DNA from: Oligoflexales bacterium
GTDB taxonomy: Bacteria; Bdellovibrionota_B; Oligoflexia; Oligoflexales; CAIYRB01
Direction of reading: 5' to 3'
Length of the DNA: 64,000 bases
NCBI GenBank assembly: GCA_041736175.1
Contig: JBGSUI010000056.1
Location: forward strand, 32,001-96,000
Each line of letters begins with the position of its first letter. The stretch's first letter is position 1. Of the stretch, positions 1 to 11,300 are shown in pieces. Below the pieces are notes generated by a model that was given only the letters and a program-made list of their open reading frames with translations, was not told the DNA's origin and did not search any database. The translations under genes were made by a program, and so were the position numbers.

Positions 1-198
1 ACGCCATTCATTTAGATTATCTAATATTTTTCGGTACATATAATTTCTTTATCGTAAATATTCGTCGGAAAAATTCTCGCATATAAGAAATATTAGTACG
101 AATAAGTCCTCATTGCTAGACTTAATTGGTATTTGTCGATATGGTGGCCCATGGCCTTTGACGGCCAGGCCAGCTCTCAACCTATGGGGATCACACCG

Positions 199-1323
199 AT
201 GCCGAATACCTTTGGACATATGTACCGTATCACCACTTTTGGTGAGTCCCATGGGGGAGGAGTTGGGGTGGTGATCGATGGTTGCCCTCCAGGATACAAG
301 ATCGAAACGAGCCAAATTCAGGAATGGCTCGATCGCAGGCGACCTGGCCAAAGTCACCTAAGCTCTCCTCGCAAAGAAAAAGACCAGGTGGAGTGTCTGT
401 CCGGCATAGAGCACGGCATAACACTCGGGACCCCCCTAGCCCTGTGGGTGCGTAACGAAGACCAGGTGCCTGCCCACTACCAAGATATGGAGCAGGTGTT
501 TCGACCGTCCCATGCAGATTTTACGACCTTTACCAAGTACGGGATTCGTGCAAGCAGCGGCGGAGGTCGAGCTTCGGCTCGAGAAACCATTGGCCGCGTC
601 GCAGGAGCTGCCGTGGCCGAACAGGTGCTCAAGGTGGTCTTTCCTAAACTCGAAGTCGTTTCTTATGTGGCTTCCGTAAAAGATATAGTGGCAACGGGAA
701 TTGATTTAGAAACACTGACCCGCACCGCAGTGGAAGGTCATCCCCTCCGCTGTCCGCCCTGTGGCGAGCGGGCGGCTATGGAATCGAGGATTGTCGAAGC
801 CCAAAAAAAGGGAGATACCGTAGGCGGCACAATCGTCGGCGTGATTCGCGGTGCCCCCGCGGGTTTTGGTGATCCGGTCTTTGATAAACTGGAAGCCGAT
901 CTTGCCAAGGCTATGATGTCGCTGCCGGCGAGCAAAGGCTTTGAAATCGGCTCGGGGTTTAGTGCGACCCAGCTTTATGGCTCTGAGCATAACGATGCCT
1001 TTGTCAGTAAGACTGAAGGGAGTATCGGAACCATGACCAATCGGTCAGGTGGGGTCCAAGGGGGGATTAGCAACGGCGAAACCATCTACTTCAAAGTAGC
1101 CTTTAAGCCCGTCGCCACGATCTTTAAGGAGCAACTCACCGTCGATTCCCAAGGGAATCAGGTGGTCTTAAAACCCAAAGCGGGCCGCCATGATCCCTGT
1201 GTCCTGCCCCGGGCGGTCCCCATGGTCGAGGCCATGGCCTTGCTGGTGACGATGGATCATTGGCTGCGCCAAGCTGCCCTCAGGGCGGTGGCAGGCCCCC
1301 ATGCGTTTACAAATCCATTATAG
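199..1323 (+). CDS. aroC: Chorismate synthase
   Basis: Motifs [30 protein letters not shown] and RHDPCV. ATG at 199 (MPNTFG) fits the usual family N-terminus better than the ORF-track start at 133. Confidence 0.97.
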   Translation: MPNTFGHMYRITTFGESHGGGVGVVIDGCPPGYKIETSQIQEWLDRRRPGQSHLSSPRKEKDQVECLSGIEHGITLGTPLALWVRNEDQVPAHYQDMEQVFRPSHADFTTFTKYGIRASSGGGRASARETIGRVAGAAVAEQVLKVVFPKLEVVSYVASVKDIVATGIDLETLTRTAVEGHPLRCPPCGERAAMESRIVEAQKKGDTVGGTIVGVIRGAPAGFGDPVFDKLEADLAKAMMSLPASKGFEIGSGFSATQLYGSEHNDAFVSKTEGSIGTMTNRSGGVQGGISNGETIYFKVAFKPVATIFKEQLTVDSQGNQVVLKPKAGRHDPCVLPRAVPMVEAMALLVTMDHWLRQAALRAVAGPHAFTNPL

Positions 1324-2112
1324 GTTGATGTCTTCTAAGCGGTAGAAACCTGGGTTTTGTTGGTGATGCAACCATTCACAGAGTCTAAGGGCCCCCTTTG
1401 CAAAAAGGCTCCGCTGGAAGGCTCGATGGGAAATGGTGACTTCCTGGTCTTCGCCAATAAACCGGATCTCATGCTCTCCGATCACCATCCCTCCACGGAC
1501 TCCGTGGACTCCAATGGTCCCCGCAGTACGTTCTCCCTGGGGATTTTTGACCACTTGTTTTTGGGTGGCTTGGGCGAGACTCTCCGCAAGAAATAAGGCC
1601 GTCCCGCTGGGGGAGTCTTTTTTGTGTTTATGGTGGGTTTCGATGATCTCCAGGTCAAAACCCTGATTGCATAAGGCCGCGGCAATCGTCCTAGCAGCTT
1701 TTAAGATCTGGATAATTCCCAGACTGGTGTTCGGCGCATACAAGATAGGCAAGGTTTGACTCAAGGTCTGCCACCCCGCAAACTGGGATGGTGGTAGACC
1801 TGTGGTCCCTAGGAGCACTTTGGTCTTAAGCTGGGGTGATTTGAAAAGGCTATCGAGCAGGATGGAGTTGCCTTCGACCGACGTAAAATCGGCGATGACA
1901 TGGGGGTGGTCTCGGGTCAAGACAGCGCTGAGGGTTTGCGGGGTGACTAATTTGCCTAAGTTTAGCACTTCGCTTAGGTGGTTTTTGCTAGAGCCTCCCA
2001 GCAGTTGGAAATGCTGGTAAGTGGAGTCTCCGAGAATCTGGGTGATGGCCTGGCCCATGCGACCGGTGATACCATGGATCCAAAGGCGGGTGATGTTGTG
2101 AGGGGTGTCCAT
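1318..2112 (-). CDS. dapB: 4-hydroxy-tetrahydrodipicolinate reductase
   Basis: GITGRMG NAD-binding motif, [19 protein letters not shown] signature, SHRA...FAKGA. Confidence 0.95.
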   Translation of the reverse strand: MDTPHNITRLWIHGITGRMGQAITQILGDSTYQHFQLLGGSSKNHLSEVLNLGKLVTPQTLSAVLTRDHPHVIADFTSVEGNSILLDSLFKSPQLKTKVLLGTTGLPPSQFAGWQTLSQTLPILYAPNTSLGIIQILKAARTIAAALCNQGFDLEIIETHHKHKKDSPSGTALFLAESLAQATQKQVVKNPQGERTAGTIGVHGVRGGMVIGEHEIRFIGEDQEVTISHRAFQRSLFAKGALRLCEWLHHQQNPGFYRLEDINL

Positions 2113-2253
2113 ATTTACGAAAAATCTCCCATCTGATTCTAGAGCCTATCATCGATGACAGGCCGTGCTATTCCGACAATATCATTGACTCAACCCATTG
2201 CCCAGGTATACTCAAAAGCCCGCTTAAAAAAGCTGGGCCAGGAGGGTCCATCT

Positions 2254-2718
2254 ATGCATCTCATCCCAGGGAGTCGAGCTCCTTTTTCCATAGAACTAGT
2301 ATCCCTGGCAATCTTGCTTGTCCTACCTTGCATGCTATGGAGTTTCTATTTAGTTCGGGCTAAAAAGCAGTACCAATCCCACAAAAAAATCCAGATATTC
2401 CTAAGCATCGCTATTTTAGCGGTCTTAGTGATTTTTGAAGTCGAAATCCGTCTCTATGGTTGGCGTCAATATGCCGAAGCATCGCCTTACATCGACCGAG
2501 GGTTGATCCCGTTTCTGGTTTTTCATGTCACCATTGCTTCTATCGCGACGGTTTTATGGACTTGGGCCCTCGTCCACGCTCTCAAAAACGTCTCTACCCC
2601 CCCTAAGCCCGGAACTTATAGTGAAAAACATAAAAAACTGGGTAAAGCAGCCGGCATTTTTATGCTTTTAACATCGATCACCGGGTGGACGTTTTTCATA
2701 TTAGCTTTTTGCCTATAA
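2254..2718 (+). CDS. DUF420-like membrane protein
   Basis: Four hydrophobic helices with HKKIQ and HKKLGK motifs; GGAGG RBS at 2241-2245 ahead of ATG 2254. Confidence 0.75.
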   Translation: MHLIPGSRAPFSIELVSLAILLVLPCMLWSFYLVRAKKQYQSHKKIQIFLSIAILAVLVIFEVEIRLYGWRQYAEASPYIDRGLIPFLVFHVTIASIATVLWTWALVHALKNVSTPPKPGTYSEKHKKLGKAAGIFMLLTSITGWTFFILAFCL

Positions 2719-2730
2719 GAGATTTCAACT

Positions 2731-3318
2731 ATGGGATTCCATAATTTTTTCGGAAAAAAACGGGGTAAAACCAACTCTACTCAGGGCGCGGTCACAGGCT
2801 GGTCTTATGCCAAACGGGTGCTACGGGATACGATCCTGTTAGGTCTTGTGGTGTTTCTGGTAAGCTGGGCCATTTCATTTAAGTTTACCGGTCGCGCGAT
2901 TCCTAAAGAGGTTTTTTCTAGACACTGGCCGACCCTTTCGGGGTCGCCGGCTGGGAGTGCTGCTCACGGGGAGTTTTTAGTGCTGTTTGTTTTTGCCCCC
3001 TGGTGCCATGTTTGTCACTTGAATACCGGGATTTTTGACCATATGGACAGCCCTCTTTACCGGGTCCAAGGGGTCGCCATGTCCTATGACGATCCAAAAG
3101 AAGTGGACCGGTTTGTCCATGAAACCGGCTTTAAGCCCCAGGTGATCCTGAGTGATCTCCCGCTCGACCAAGCCTTGGGCATCAACCAGTACCCTACTTT
3201 TTTGGTGGTGAGCCCGAGTGGCGAGGTGCTTACGGGTTGGACTGGTTATACGACGTCTCTAGGGTTTTGGCTGCGTATCCAAGCCATAAGGTTTTTAACG
3301 TCCCATAGGTTTAGTTGA
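2731..3318 (+). CDS. Membrane-anchored thioredoxin-like (TlpA/redoxin) protein
   Basis: N-terminal TM segment, FAPWCHVC CxxC motif, YPT cis-Pro loop. Confidence 0.85.
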   Translation: MGFHNFFGKKRGKTNSTQGAVTGWSYAKRVLRDTILLGLVVFLVSWAISFKFTGRAIPKEVFSRHWPTLSGSPAGSAAHGEFLVLFVFAPWCHVCHLNTGIFDHMDSPLYRVQGVAMSYDDPKEVDRFVHETGFKPQVILSDLPLDQALGINQYPTFLVVSPSGEVLTGWTGYTTSLGFWLRIQAIRFLTSHRFS

Positions 3319-3330
3319 GGAGTTTTTCCC

Positions 3331-4365
3331 ATGTCGCTTAAGCTAGCTCAATCAAAAGACGCTCAGAGTGCCTATGGACTTGTGAAAGACCTCCAGGCAC
3401 TTTTGGTTAAAGAGCTTGACAAAATTCCACCTACACCGCCCACGACTCGGTTTCAACCCGTCCACTGGCTTAGGGCCAAAGGGATTTACGGCGGAGGCAC
3501 CCGTTACGTGGCGACTGACTCCACAGTCTTTAACCGCGCATCGGTCAATATCTCCCAGGTGCAGTACGAAGGGGATGGGACCAAAAAACTAAACTCAGCG
3601 ACGGCCATCTCGGCCATCGTTCATCCTCGCAATCCATTTGCGCCGTCCCTGCATATCCATGTGAGCTGGACCGAATTGAAATCAGGCACCGGTTACTGGC
3701 GGATCATGGCTGATCTTAACCCCAGCATCCCCATGGAAGAGGACCGGGACGCCTTTGAAAAAGCCCTTGCCGAAGCTGCAGGAGATCTGTACCAGGAAGG
3801 CCGGGACCAAGGACAACTCTATTTTTATATCCCAGCCCTGGGACGGCACCGGGGTGTTGCGCACTTTTACCTCGAAGAGTTTGCTAGGAGCGACCGGGAG
3901 GCTGATCGGCGTTTTGCCCTTAACTTGGGGTCTAAAGTTATTAGGTGCTATGGGGGGATTGTCACCAAAGCGTTGCAATCACATACAAACTATAGTGAGT
4001 TTGATGAGCGGCAGCAGCTCGATTACCACTCGCTCTATTTTCTCCAGGTTTTGCTCCTCGATCGTGGCACCACATCGGGGCTTTTAGTCCATGACGACAA
4101 CGATCTCGGAATCCTTGGATCGCTTCCATCCCATGTGGATCCAAAGCTTTTGGAGTCCTGGTTGCCTCGACAGCCCCCCCTTCAGCAAAAGCTTTTGAGG
4201 AGTCTTCTCCAGAGTCTTGCTGCGGGGCCAAAAAGTTTGGTCGATGACCCGGTTAAATTGCGGTTGGCCCAAGCCGCGCGGGAGTTTTATAGGCAGCATC
4301 CCGATGCCCAGGATTTGATGGCTAAGGGTAAGACGATTCCGCCCACAGTGGCCAATCATCAATAG
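3331..4365 (+). CDS. hemF: Oxygen-dependent coproporphyrinogen III oxidase
   Basis: FNRASVNISQV, SAIVHPRNPFAPSLH, FYIP..RHRGV, DRGTTSGL, ILGSLP. Confidence 0.9.
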   Translation: MSLKLAQSKDAQSAYGLVKDLQALLVKELDKIPPTPPTTRFQPVHWLRAKGIYGGGTRYVATDSTVFNRASVNISQVQYEGDGTKKLNSATAISAIVHPRNPFAPSLHIHVSWTELKSGTGYWRIMADLNPSIPMEEDRDAFEKALAEAAGDLYQEGRDQGQLYFYIPALGRHRGVAHFYLEEFARSDREADRRFALNLGSKVIRCYGGIVTKALQSHTNYSEFDERQQLDYHSLYFLQVLLLDRGTTSGLLVHDDNDLGILGSLPSHVDPKLLESWLPRQPPLQQKLLRSLLQSLAAGPKSLVDDPVKLRLAQAAREFYRQHPDAQDLMAKGKTIPPTVANHQ

Positions 4366-4424
4366 GGTGTGGGAGCTATGATTTCCGACGATTTTCAGCC
4401 GGCGCTGCTCTCACAACAAACACT

Positions 4425-4454
4425 GGGGGGAAACTCCCTGAGAGTACTCCCCCC
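4425..4454. terminator. GC-rich hairpin between convergent hemF and thiolase; probable terminator
   Basis: Imperfect inverted repeat GGGGGGAAACTC...GAGTACTCCCCCC in the convergent intergenic gap; no strong U-tract. Confidence 0.45.
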
Positions 4455-4486
4455 GCTTATTAATACCTCGTCTCCCGAAGCTCCTT

Positions 4487-5665
4487 TTAGGCCAGGAGCT
4501 CAAAAATCCCTGCAGCCCCCATACCCGTGCCGATACACATGGTCACGAGACCCCATTTTTGCTTGTCCCGCCTCATCCCGTGGATAAGCGAGGCGGTCAG
4601 CTTGGCTCCCGTCGCGCCGAGGGGATGGCCCATGGCGATGGCGCCCCCTGTGGGGTTGATGATCGACGGGTTTAGGTCTAGGGACCTAATCACTGCTAGA
4701 GATTGTGACGCGAAGGCTTCATTGAGTTCGATCCTCTGGATCTGGTTGAGTTTGACGCCTGCTTTTTTGCAGGCGATCGGGATTGCCTCTTTGGGGCCAA
4801 TCCCCATGACCCGTGGCGGGACCCCTGCGACGGCAAACCCTGCAAACCGCGCCAGGGGAGTGAGGTTGTGTTTTCTGACAAAATCCTCCGAACAGACAAG
4901 GCACATGGCAGCTCCGTCGGACATCTGGGAGCTGTTGCCTGCGGTGACGCTACCGTTGGCTTTAAAGGCTGGTTTAAGCTTAAGGAGCGCTTCGACGGTG
5001 GTGTCGGTCCGTGGTCCCTCGTCGACCAGAAAGGTGTTTTTTTCTATTTTTGTCGAACCCTGGGGACCAGATGTGCGGGTTTCCACGGCGATGGGACAGA
5101 TCTCATCAACAAAAAGATTTTGTTGAATAGCCATTGCCGCCTTCTTGTGGCTTTGGTAGGCAAACTGATCTTGGTCTTCCCTGGAAATACGGTACTCCAA
5201 GGCGACGTTTTCGGCGGTCAGCCCCATACCTAGATAAAACTCAGGGTGGCTGTCCATGATCGTCCGGCTGCCCACCACTTTGTGGCCCATCATCGGGATC
5301 AGCGACATGGACTCGGTGCCTCCCGCAAGGACACAGTCCATTGCACCAGACTGGACGGCTTGGGCTGCCATTGCGATGGTTTGCAGACCGGAGGAGCAAA
5401 ACCGGTTTACGGTGACACCGGGGACCGACTCCGGCAGTCCCGCTAGGAGGAGAGCAAACCGGGCGACATTCATCCCCTGCTCGGCTTCGGGCATGGCACA
5501 GCCTAGGATAACGTCTTCGATAAGAGCAGGAGGAACCTTGCTCCTCTCGACGACAGCCTTAATTACTTCGGCACAGAGGTCATCAGGCCGCTTGTTGCGC
5601 AGACTGCCTTTAAAAGCCTTGCCAACAGCTGAGCGCAGGGGCGAGACGATATACGCTGCTTTCAT
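4487..5665 (-). CDS. fadA: Acetyl-CoA C-acyltransferase (3-ketoacyl-CoA thiolase)
   Basis: NRFCSSGLQ, NEAFA, GHPLGATG and MCIGTGMG thiolase motifs. Confidence 0.95.
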   Translation of the reverse strand: MKAAYIVSPLRSAVGKAFKGSLRNKRPDDLCAEVIKAVVERSKVPPALIEDVILGCAMPEAEQGMNVARFALLLAGLPESVPGVTVNRFCSSGLQTIAMAAQAVQSGAMDCVLAGGTESMSLIPMMGHKVVGSRTIMDSHPEFYLGMGLTAENVALEYRISREDQDQFAYQSHKKAAMAIQQNLFVDEICPIAVETRTSGPQGSTKIEKNTFLVDEGPRTDTTVEALLKLKPAFKANGSVTAGNSSQMSDGAAMCLVCSEDFVRKHNLTPLARFAGFAVAGVPPRVMGIGPKEAIPIACKKAGVKLNQIQRIELNEAFASQSLAVIRSLDLNPSIINPTGGAIAMGHPLGATGAKLTASLIHGMRRDKQKWGLVTMCIGTGMGAAGIFELLA

Positions 5666-5708
5666 TGGAGTTCTCCCTATAAAAAGTTGATATTAAAGTG
5701 TTTGCAAT

Positions 5709-8138
5709 TTAGTTTCGCAGTGGTTTACCATTTTTAAGCATATATTCGATCCGCTCTGCGGTCTTGGGTTGCTGGCATAGCTCCAAAAAGGTTCTGCGTT
5801 CGAGTTCGAGAAACCACTGTTCGTCGACTACAGACCCGCCGTCGATCTCCCCACCGCAGAGGATAGTAGCGACTTTTTCGCCTACAACGGCGTCATAGGG
5901 AGAAATCTGCTGACCCTCCACCATATTGTACAAGGCGAGCTTAAAGGTCTGGATGCCAGGGTCACCGACGACTTTGATGCCATGGGCCGGGATTTTAGGA
6001 GTATATCCATCGCGACTTAGGGACAATACTTTTCGTTTAGCTTGGGCCAGGGTGTGTTTCGTGGACAAACAAACGTCGGTTGTTTGTGGAAAGAGTCCCA
6101 TGCTCACCGCTTCCTGGGCGGATCCCGATGTCTTAGCCATGCCGATCAGGAGAAATGCCCGTTGTAGAAAGGCCATAGGGTCTGCTTTTTCACCGAAACC
6201 AGCGAGCTGGTAAGCTCGCAAGGCGAGTTCCTTGGTGCCGCCTCCAGCAGGGACGAGGCCCACTCCGATTTCTACCAAACCCGCATAGGTCTCCCCCGCA
6301 GCCACCCGGTAAGTGGTGTGGAGGGCCACTTCACAGCCGCCCCCAAGGACTAAATTAAATGGAGTGGACACCGTGGGGAATGGAGCAAATTTAACCATTT
6401 GCAAGACCCCTTGGAACTCAGCGATCAACTGATTGATGTCCCCCCATTTTTGGTTGCGAATAGACTCAAGGATCATCTTGAGATTTGCGCCGGCGGAAAA
6501 AGCCGGTCCCTCGTTGCCGATCACAAGACCATCAAAGTGCTGGGAGGCTTTGGTGACCGCCGTCTTCATCATATTGATGATATCAAAATCAATGGCGTTC
6601 ATCTTGGTGTGAAACACCAAGCAGCCGACCCCGTCTCCAAGGTCGAGGAGGGATGCACCTTTGTTAGAGTCGACCCGGCGTGGATCTTGGCGGTTTTCAA
6701 AGGGCGGTAAACGAAAGGCCCATGGGGGTGTTTTAACGGGGACCAGTTGTCCTTTCACAGAATCAAAGGCTTTAGTGGGTCCGCCGAGAGCGAGCCACTC
6801 GGGGGTTTGGGGGGTGATGTCGTAAAAGTTGATTCCTGGTTTGACCCAAGAGGGGAGTTTGGCTTCGTCTTTTTGAATGCGGGCCATGACAGCGTCGACT
6901 CCTAGGGCTTGCCAAAGTTCAAAGGGTCCAAGGTCCCAATTAAATCCCCAGCGCAGCGCTTGGTCGATCAGACGAATCTCGCCACCGGCAATGGTCGGCG
7001 CCAGATGGGAGGCATAAAGGAGGAGGTCACGGGTGATGCGCCAGATAAACTGGGCCCCAGGGTCTTGGTGTTCAAGAATCTTGCGCACCCGTTGCACAGG
7101 GTCACGTTCCTTGTCGGTCAGTTCTTCCCAGGGAAAGGTGTTAGGATGTTGGGATTCATAGCTTTGCTGGTCGGGACGATAGGCCAGGATCGCGGTCTTG
7201 CCCTGGGCATCCTTGGTTTTTTTGTAGCAGCCCACATCAGCGGTTTTTTGTCCCAAGGATCCCGATTCGATCAGCTGGACAACCCAGGGCGGCATGGCAA
7301 AGACTTCGCGAAAGGGATCATCGGGAGCCTTGTCAAAAGTATTTCGGGCCACTGCGGCAAAGGTGTCTAGACCGACCACATCCGCCGTGCGAAAGGTGGC
7401 AGATTTGCTGCGGCCGATCAGCGGGCCTGTGAGTTTATCCACGGTTTCGATATTAAGACCGAGTTCTTTCATATGTTTAAAAACTATCTGTGAGGCAAAA
7501 ATACCGACCCGATTGGCGATAAAATTGACGGTATCCTTAGCCTCGACGATGCCTTTACCGAGACGTTCTTCGATCCATTGGGAGAGGCTGTCGAAAAGTT
7601 TGCGGTCGGTCTTGGGGTGGGGGATCATTTCGACAAGGTGAAGGTAGCGAGGGGGATTAAAGAAATGGGTTCCGAAAAACCGGCTTTGATACTCCTCGGG
7701 GAGGTGGCTCACCATATTGACGAGGCTGATTCCCGACGTGTTAGTGGTGACCGGAACATCAGGTCGGGCATACTCTGCGATTTTGGTATGGATCCCTTGT
7801 TTGATGTCGAGCCTTTCGACGACAACTTCGATGATCCAGTCGCATGAGGCCAGGACCGAAAGATCATCGTCAAAGTTGCCCGGGATGATCTTAGGCAGAC
7901 TGTCGGCATCGTAGAGGGGCGACGGTTTGAGTTGTTTGAGGTTCTGTACGGCAAGGACCGCACGGGCTGAGCGGAAGTCTTTGCCGAGGAGACGGGCTTG
8001 GTTTTTGTCGGTAGGAGGGTCTTTAGAAGCAAGGTCCAAGAGGTGGGTACTCACACCAGCAGCAGCTAAGTGGGCAGCGATTTGGGCTCCCATCACCCCA
8101 GCACCGAGTACCGCAGCGCGGCGAATCTTTAGGCTCAT
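5709..8138 (-). CDS. fadN: 3-hydroxyacyl-CoA dehydrogenase / enoyl-CoA hydratase fusion (FadN type)
   Basis: GAGVMG, HFFNPPRY, C-terminal crotonase (FSAGANL, GGGCE, GLVEIGVG), ends KPLRN; GAGGA RBS before ATG 8138. Confidence 0.92.
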   Translation of the reverse strand: MSLKIRRAAVLGAGVMGAQIAAHLAAAGVSTHLLDLASKDPPTDKNQARLLGKDFRSARAVLAVQNLKQLKPSPLYDADSLPKIIPGNFDDDLSVLASCDWIIEVVVERLDIKQGIHTKIAEYARPDVPVTTNTSGISLVNMVSHLPEEYQSRFFGTHFFNPPRYLHLVEMIPHPKTDRKLFDSLSQWIEERLGKGIVEAKDTVNFIANRVGIFASQIVFKHMKELGLNIETVDKLTGPLIGRSKSATFRTADVVGLDTFAAVARNTFDKAPDDPFREVFAMPPWVVQLIESGSLGQKTADVGCYKKTKDAQGKTAILAYRPDQQSYESQHPNTFPWEELTDKERDPVQRVRKILEHQDPGAQFIWRITRDLLLYASHLAPTIAGGEIRLIDQALRWGFNWDLGPFELWQALGVDAVMARIQKDEAKLPSWVKPGINFYDITPQTPEWLALGGPTKAFDSVKGQLVPVKTPPWAFRLPPFENRQDPRRVDSNKGASLLDLGDGVGCLVFHTKMNAIDFDIINMMKTAVTKASQHFDGLVIGNEGPAFSAGANLKMILESIRNQKWGDINQLIAEFQGVLQMVKFAPFPTVSTPFNLVLGGGCEVALHTTYRVAAGETYAGLVEIGVGLVPAGGGTKELALRAYQLAGFGEKADPMAFLQRAFLLIGMAKTSGSAQEAVSMGLFPQTTDVCLSTKHTLAQAKRKVLSLSRDGYTPKIPAHGIKVVGDPGIQTFKLALYNMVEGQQISPYDAVVGEKVATILCGGEIDGGSVVDEQWFLELERRTFLELCQQPKTAERIEYMLKNGKPLRN

Positions 8139-8335
8139 TTCAGGTTCCTCCTTGTTCAACGGCATTTGTGTGGAAACAGCTAAGCGTTTTCAAATCATAC
8201 AGCAAAGTCGAGTCAGATTCCAAATCTTTCAAACTTAGTCCCTTGTGATTCTCCTGCAAACGTGACATGGTCACCTCACAACTCCTGAGTTGTGGTTCCA
8301 TGAGCCTCTTAACTTTTTAACACTGAGGCAAATTT

Positions 8336-11300
8336 ATGGTTCCCTTAAAGCATGTTTTCGATGCTATAAAACCTAAATTTAGTCTTCTAGGTCCTTTGAA
8401 TCACCGTACCGTGGAAGACCCTTTTTCGTTTAGCTTGCTGAGTCTCGATCAGCTCCAGCGGCACGCCCGACAAGTTGCCTTGCGCCATAAAACGATCCAG
8501 TCATCGATCCCTGATGGTCTCCTAAAAAAGCTTGCTGATAACGATGTCCTCTTGCATGAGACCTACGCTCAGCTCAATAAGGCTATCCAGGCAAAACAAC
8601 GCATCTCCCCCGCCAGTGAGTGGCTCCTGGACAACTTCCATCTTATCGAAGAGCAGATGCGCCTCGCCAAATGTCATTTGCCTAAAGGATATAGTCGCAA
8701 ACTGCCCCATCTGGCAGAGGCAGATGGCGTTGGCCATCCCCGTGTTTACGATATGGCCCTTGAGATTATCGCCCATGTGGATGGTCGCGTGGACCGAGAG
8801 AATATCACCTGTTTTGTCCGTGGCTATCAGTCCGTCACATCCCTACAACTTGGGGAGTTTTGGGCCATCCCGATTATGTTAAGACTGGCTTTGATCGAAA
8901 ACTTAGCCCGAGTCGCCGGGCGGGTGATGGCAGCCATCCACGACCGCAAGCTCGCCAATCATTGGGCCGACCAGCTTCTTTTCGCGGCAGAAAATCAACC
9001 CGCAAAGGTCATCCTCGTGGCTGCCGATATGGCCCGTTCCGAGCCACCGATGTCCAGCGCCTTTGTGGCAGAACTTATGCGACGACTGCGGGGCCAAACG
9101 GCAGGTTTAGATATTCCCCTGGCTTGGATCGAACAAAATCTGATTGAGCAGGGTCAAACCTCCCAACAGTTGGTCCAACTCGAAACCCACCAGCAGGCTG
9201 CTAACCAGGTCGCTGTTGGAGCGAGCATCGGTAGTTTAAGGTTTCTGAGCAGGATTGACTGGCGGGACTTTGTCGAGTCGGAATGCCTGGTCGAGACCGA
9301 GTTGCTCCGTGATCCATCCGGTGTTTATGGGACCATGGATTTTGCCACACGGGATCGCTACCGCCATGTGGTTGAAAACCTGGCAGCCCAAGTCTCTAAG
9401 CCCGAGTGGGAGGTGGCTCGTAAAGCGGTCGCCATGGCCCACGACCAGGCCCATGATCCCTGTCTTAAGCGCAAACATGTGGGCTATTATCTGATCGATC
9501 AAGGGTTTGAACAGCTTAAAGCATCCTTTCAAAAACAGGGGTTTTTTAGGGAAAATTGGATTCGCTTAAGGCCGCATCACCTGTGGCGCCTTCCCTGGCT
9601 GCTCTACTTTGGTGGCTTAGGATCTTTAACCCTATTGATTGCAATATTTATCTTGGGCCATCTCGGCCCCCTGGGCAGTCCAGGATTTATGGGACTTGTG
9701 GGATCTGTGGTATTGACCATCTCGCTCCTGCTGACTTCGAGCCTGTTTGCCCTCTCCGTCGTCCATTGGGTGGCGACTTTGGCCTTAAAACCCCATCTCC
9801 TTCCGAGACTTGATTTTTCGAATGGAATCCCCGACTCCGTCAGTACCCTGGTCGTGATCCCGACGCTGCTTGTTGCGCGGCATCAAATTGAGAGTCTCCT
9901 CTCTGCCCTTGAAGTCCGTTATCTGGCCAATCGGGACAAAAATCTATTTTTTGCCCTGCTCACTGATTTTAAGGACGCTCCCACGGAGACGATGCCCCAC
10001 GATGACGCTCTTGTGCAGCAAGTTTTGGCGGGGATTCAGCTCCTAAACCAAACCTACAAAGCCAAGAACCCCGACCAAAATCCCGATCTTGATATCTTTT
10101 GTCTATTCCATAGGCCGCGTGTTTGGAATCCCTACGAAAAAATATGGATGGGCTATGAGCGCAAGCGAGGTAAACTCGAGGCCCTTAATATGTATCTTCG
10201 AGGCAAATCCCCGCCAGGGGCTTTTTCATGCACCTTTGGAAAACTGCCATGGATCAAATATGTCATCACCCTTGATACCGACACCCAGCTTCCCGGTCAT
10301 GCCGCCCGTTTGATGGTTGGCACCATGGCCCATCCACTCAACGAACCTTGGTTTGATCCGAAGCTGCGAAGAGTCACCGAGGGCTACGGCATCCTCCAGC
10401 CACGGGTGGCTACAAACTTGCCATGTTCGCGCCGATCGCTCTTTGTAAGACTTTATGGAGGCGAAGTTGGTGTGGACCCTTACACGCGGGTAGTTTCCGA
10501 TGTCTATCAAGATCTTTTTAGCGAGGGATCTTATGTAGGCAAGGGAATCTATGACGTCGATGCCTTTTCCCTCTCCCTCCACGGTGCCCTCCCCGAAAAT
10601 CTTATTTTAAGCCATGATTTAATCGAAGGCTGTTATGCCCGCTCAGGACTCGTCAGTGATGTGGAGCTCTTTGACGAATTTCCGGCCCACATGCTGGATG
10701 ACACCAACCGCCGGTCCCGGTGGATACGAGGTGACTGGCAGATCGCAGCCTGGCTTTTTCCCTGGGTTCCTTCTTTGGACGGTGGTTTCCGGAGAAACAA
10801 GCTGTCCTTGTTTTCCAGATGGAAGATTTTTGACAACCTACGCCGCAGTTTAGTGCCCCTGGCCAATCTGCTACTCCTCTTTTTTTCCTGGACTTGGGAT
10901 GGTCCTCAAGGCGGTGGTCTCTTCCTTATGGGTTTTGTGGTGCTGATGATCCTTGCGCCGCCGTTGTTTGGGACTTTTGCAGCAGCGTCTCGCAAGGCAC
11001 CCGAGACTGCCCCAGGGCCCCACTGGAAGGCTGTAGGCTGGGCCACTTTAGTCCATGTGGTCCAAGGTCTCTTGGCCGTCGTCTTTTTACCCTTTGAAGT
11101 CTTGATGAATCTCAACGCGATCCTTCGCTCCTTATGGAGGATGTTGATCTCCCGCAAGCTTCTCTTACAGTGGAAATCAGCAAGCGATCCCCGCCAAGGG
11201 AGTGGGCAACAACTGAGTTTTTTTGTCCGCGTTATGATAGCTGGACCCTTGGCGGCTGTGGTGACCTTAGGCGTGCTTCTTGTGGCGCGCCCCGAGTCTT

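Noticed and set aside
4527..5690. Long plus-strand ORFs (199 and 144 aa) over the thiolase; similar shadows over cgs, cheA, mcp, hsdR and recJ
   Set aside because: Antisense or alternate-frame artefacts of conserved genes.
8262..8274. Palindrome GTGAC-ATG-GTCAC between the divergent fadN and cgs genes
   Set aside because: Plausible operator, but too short and single-copy to assign.
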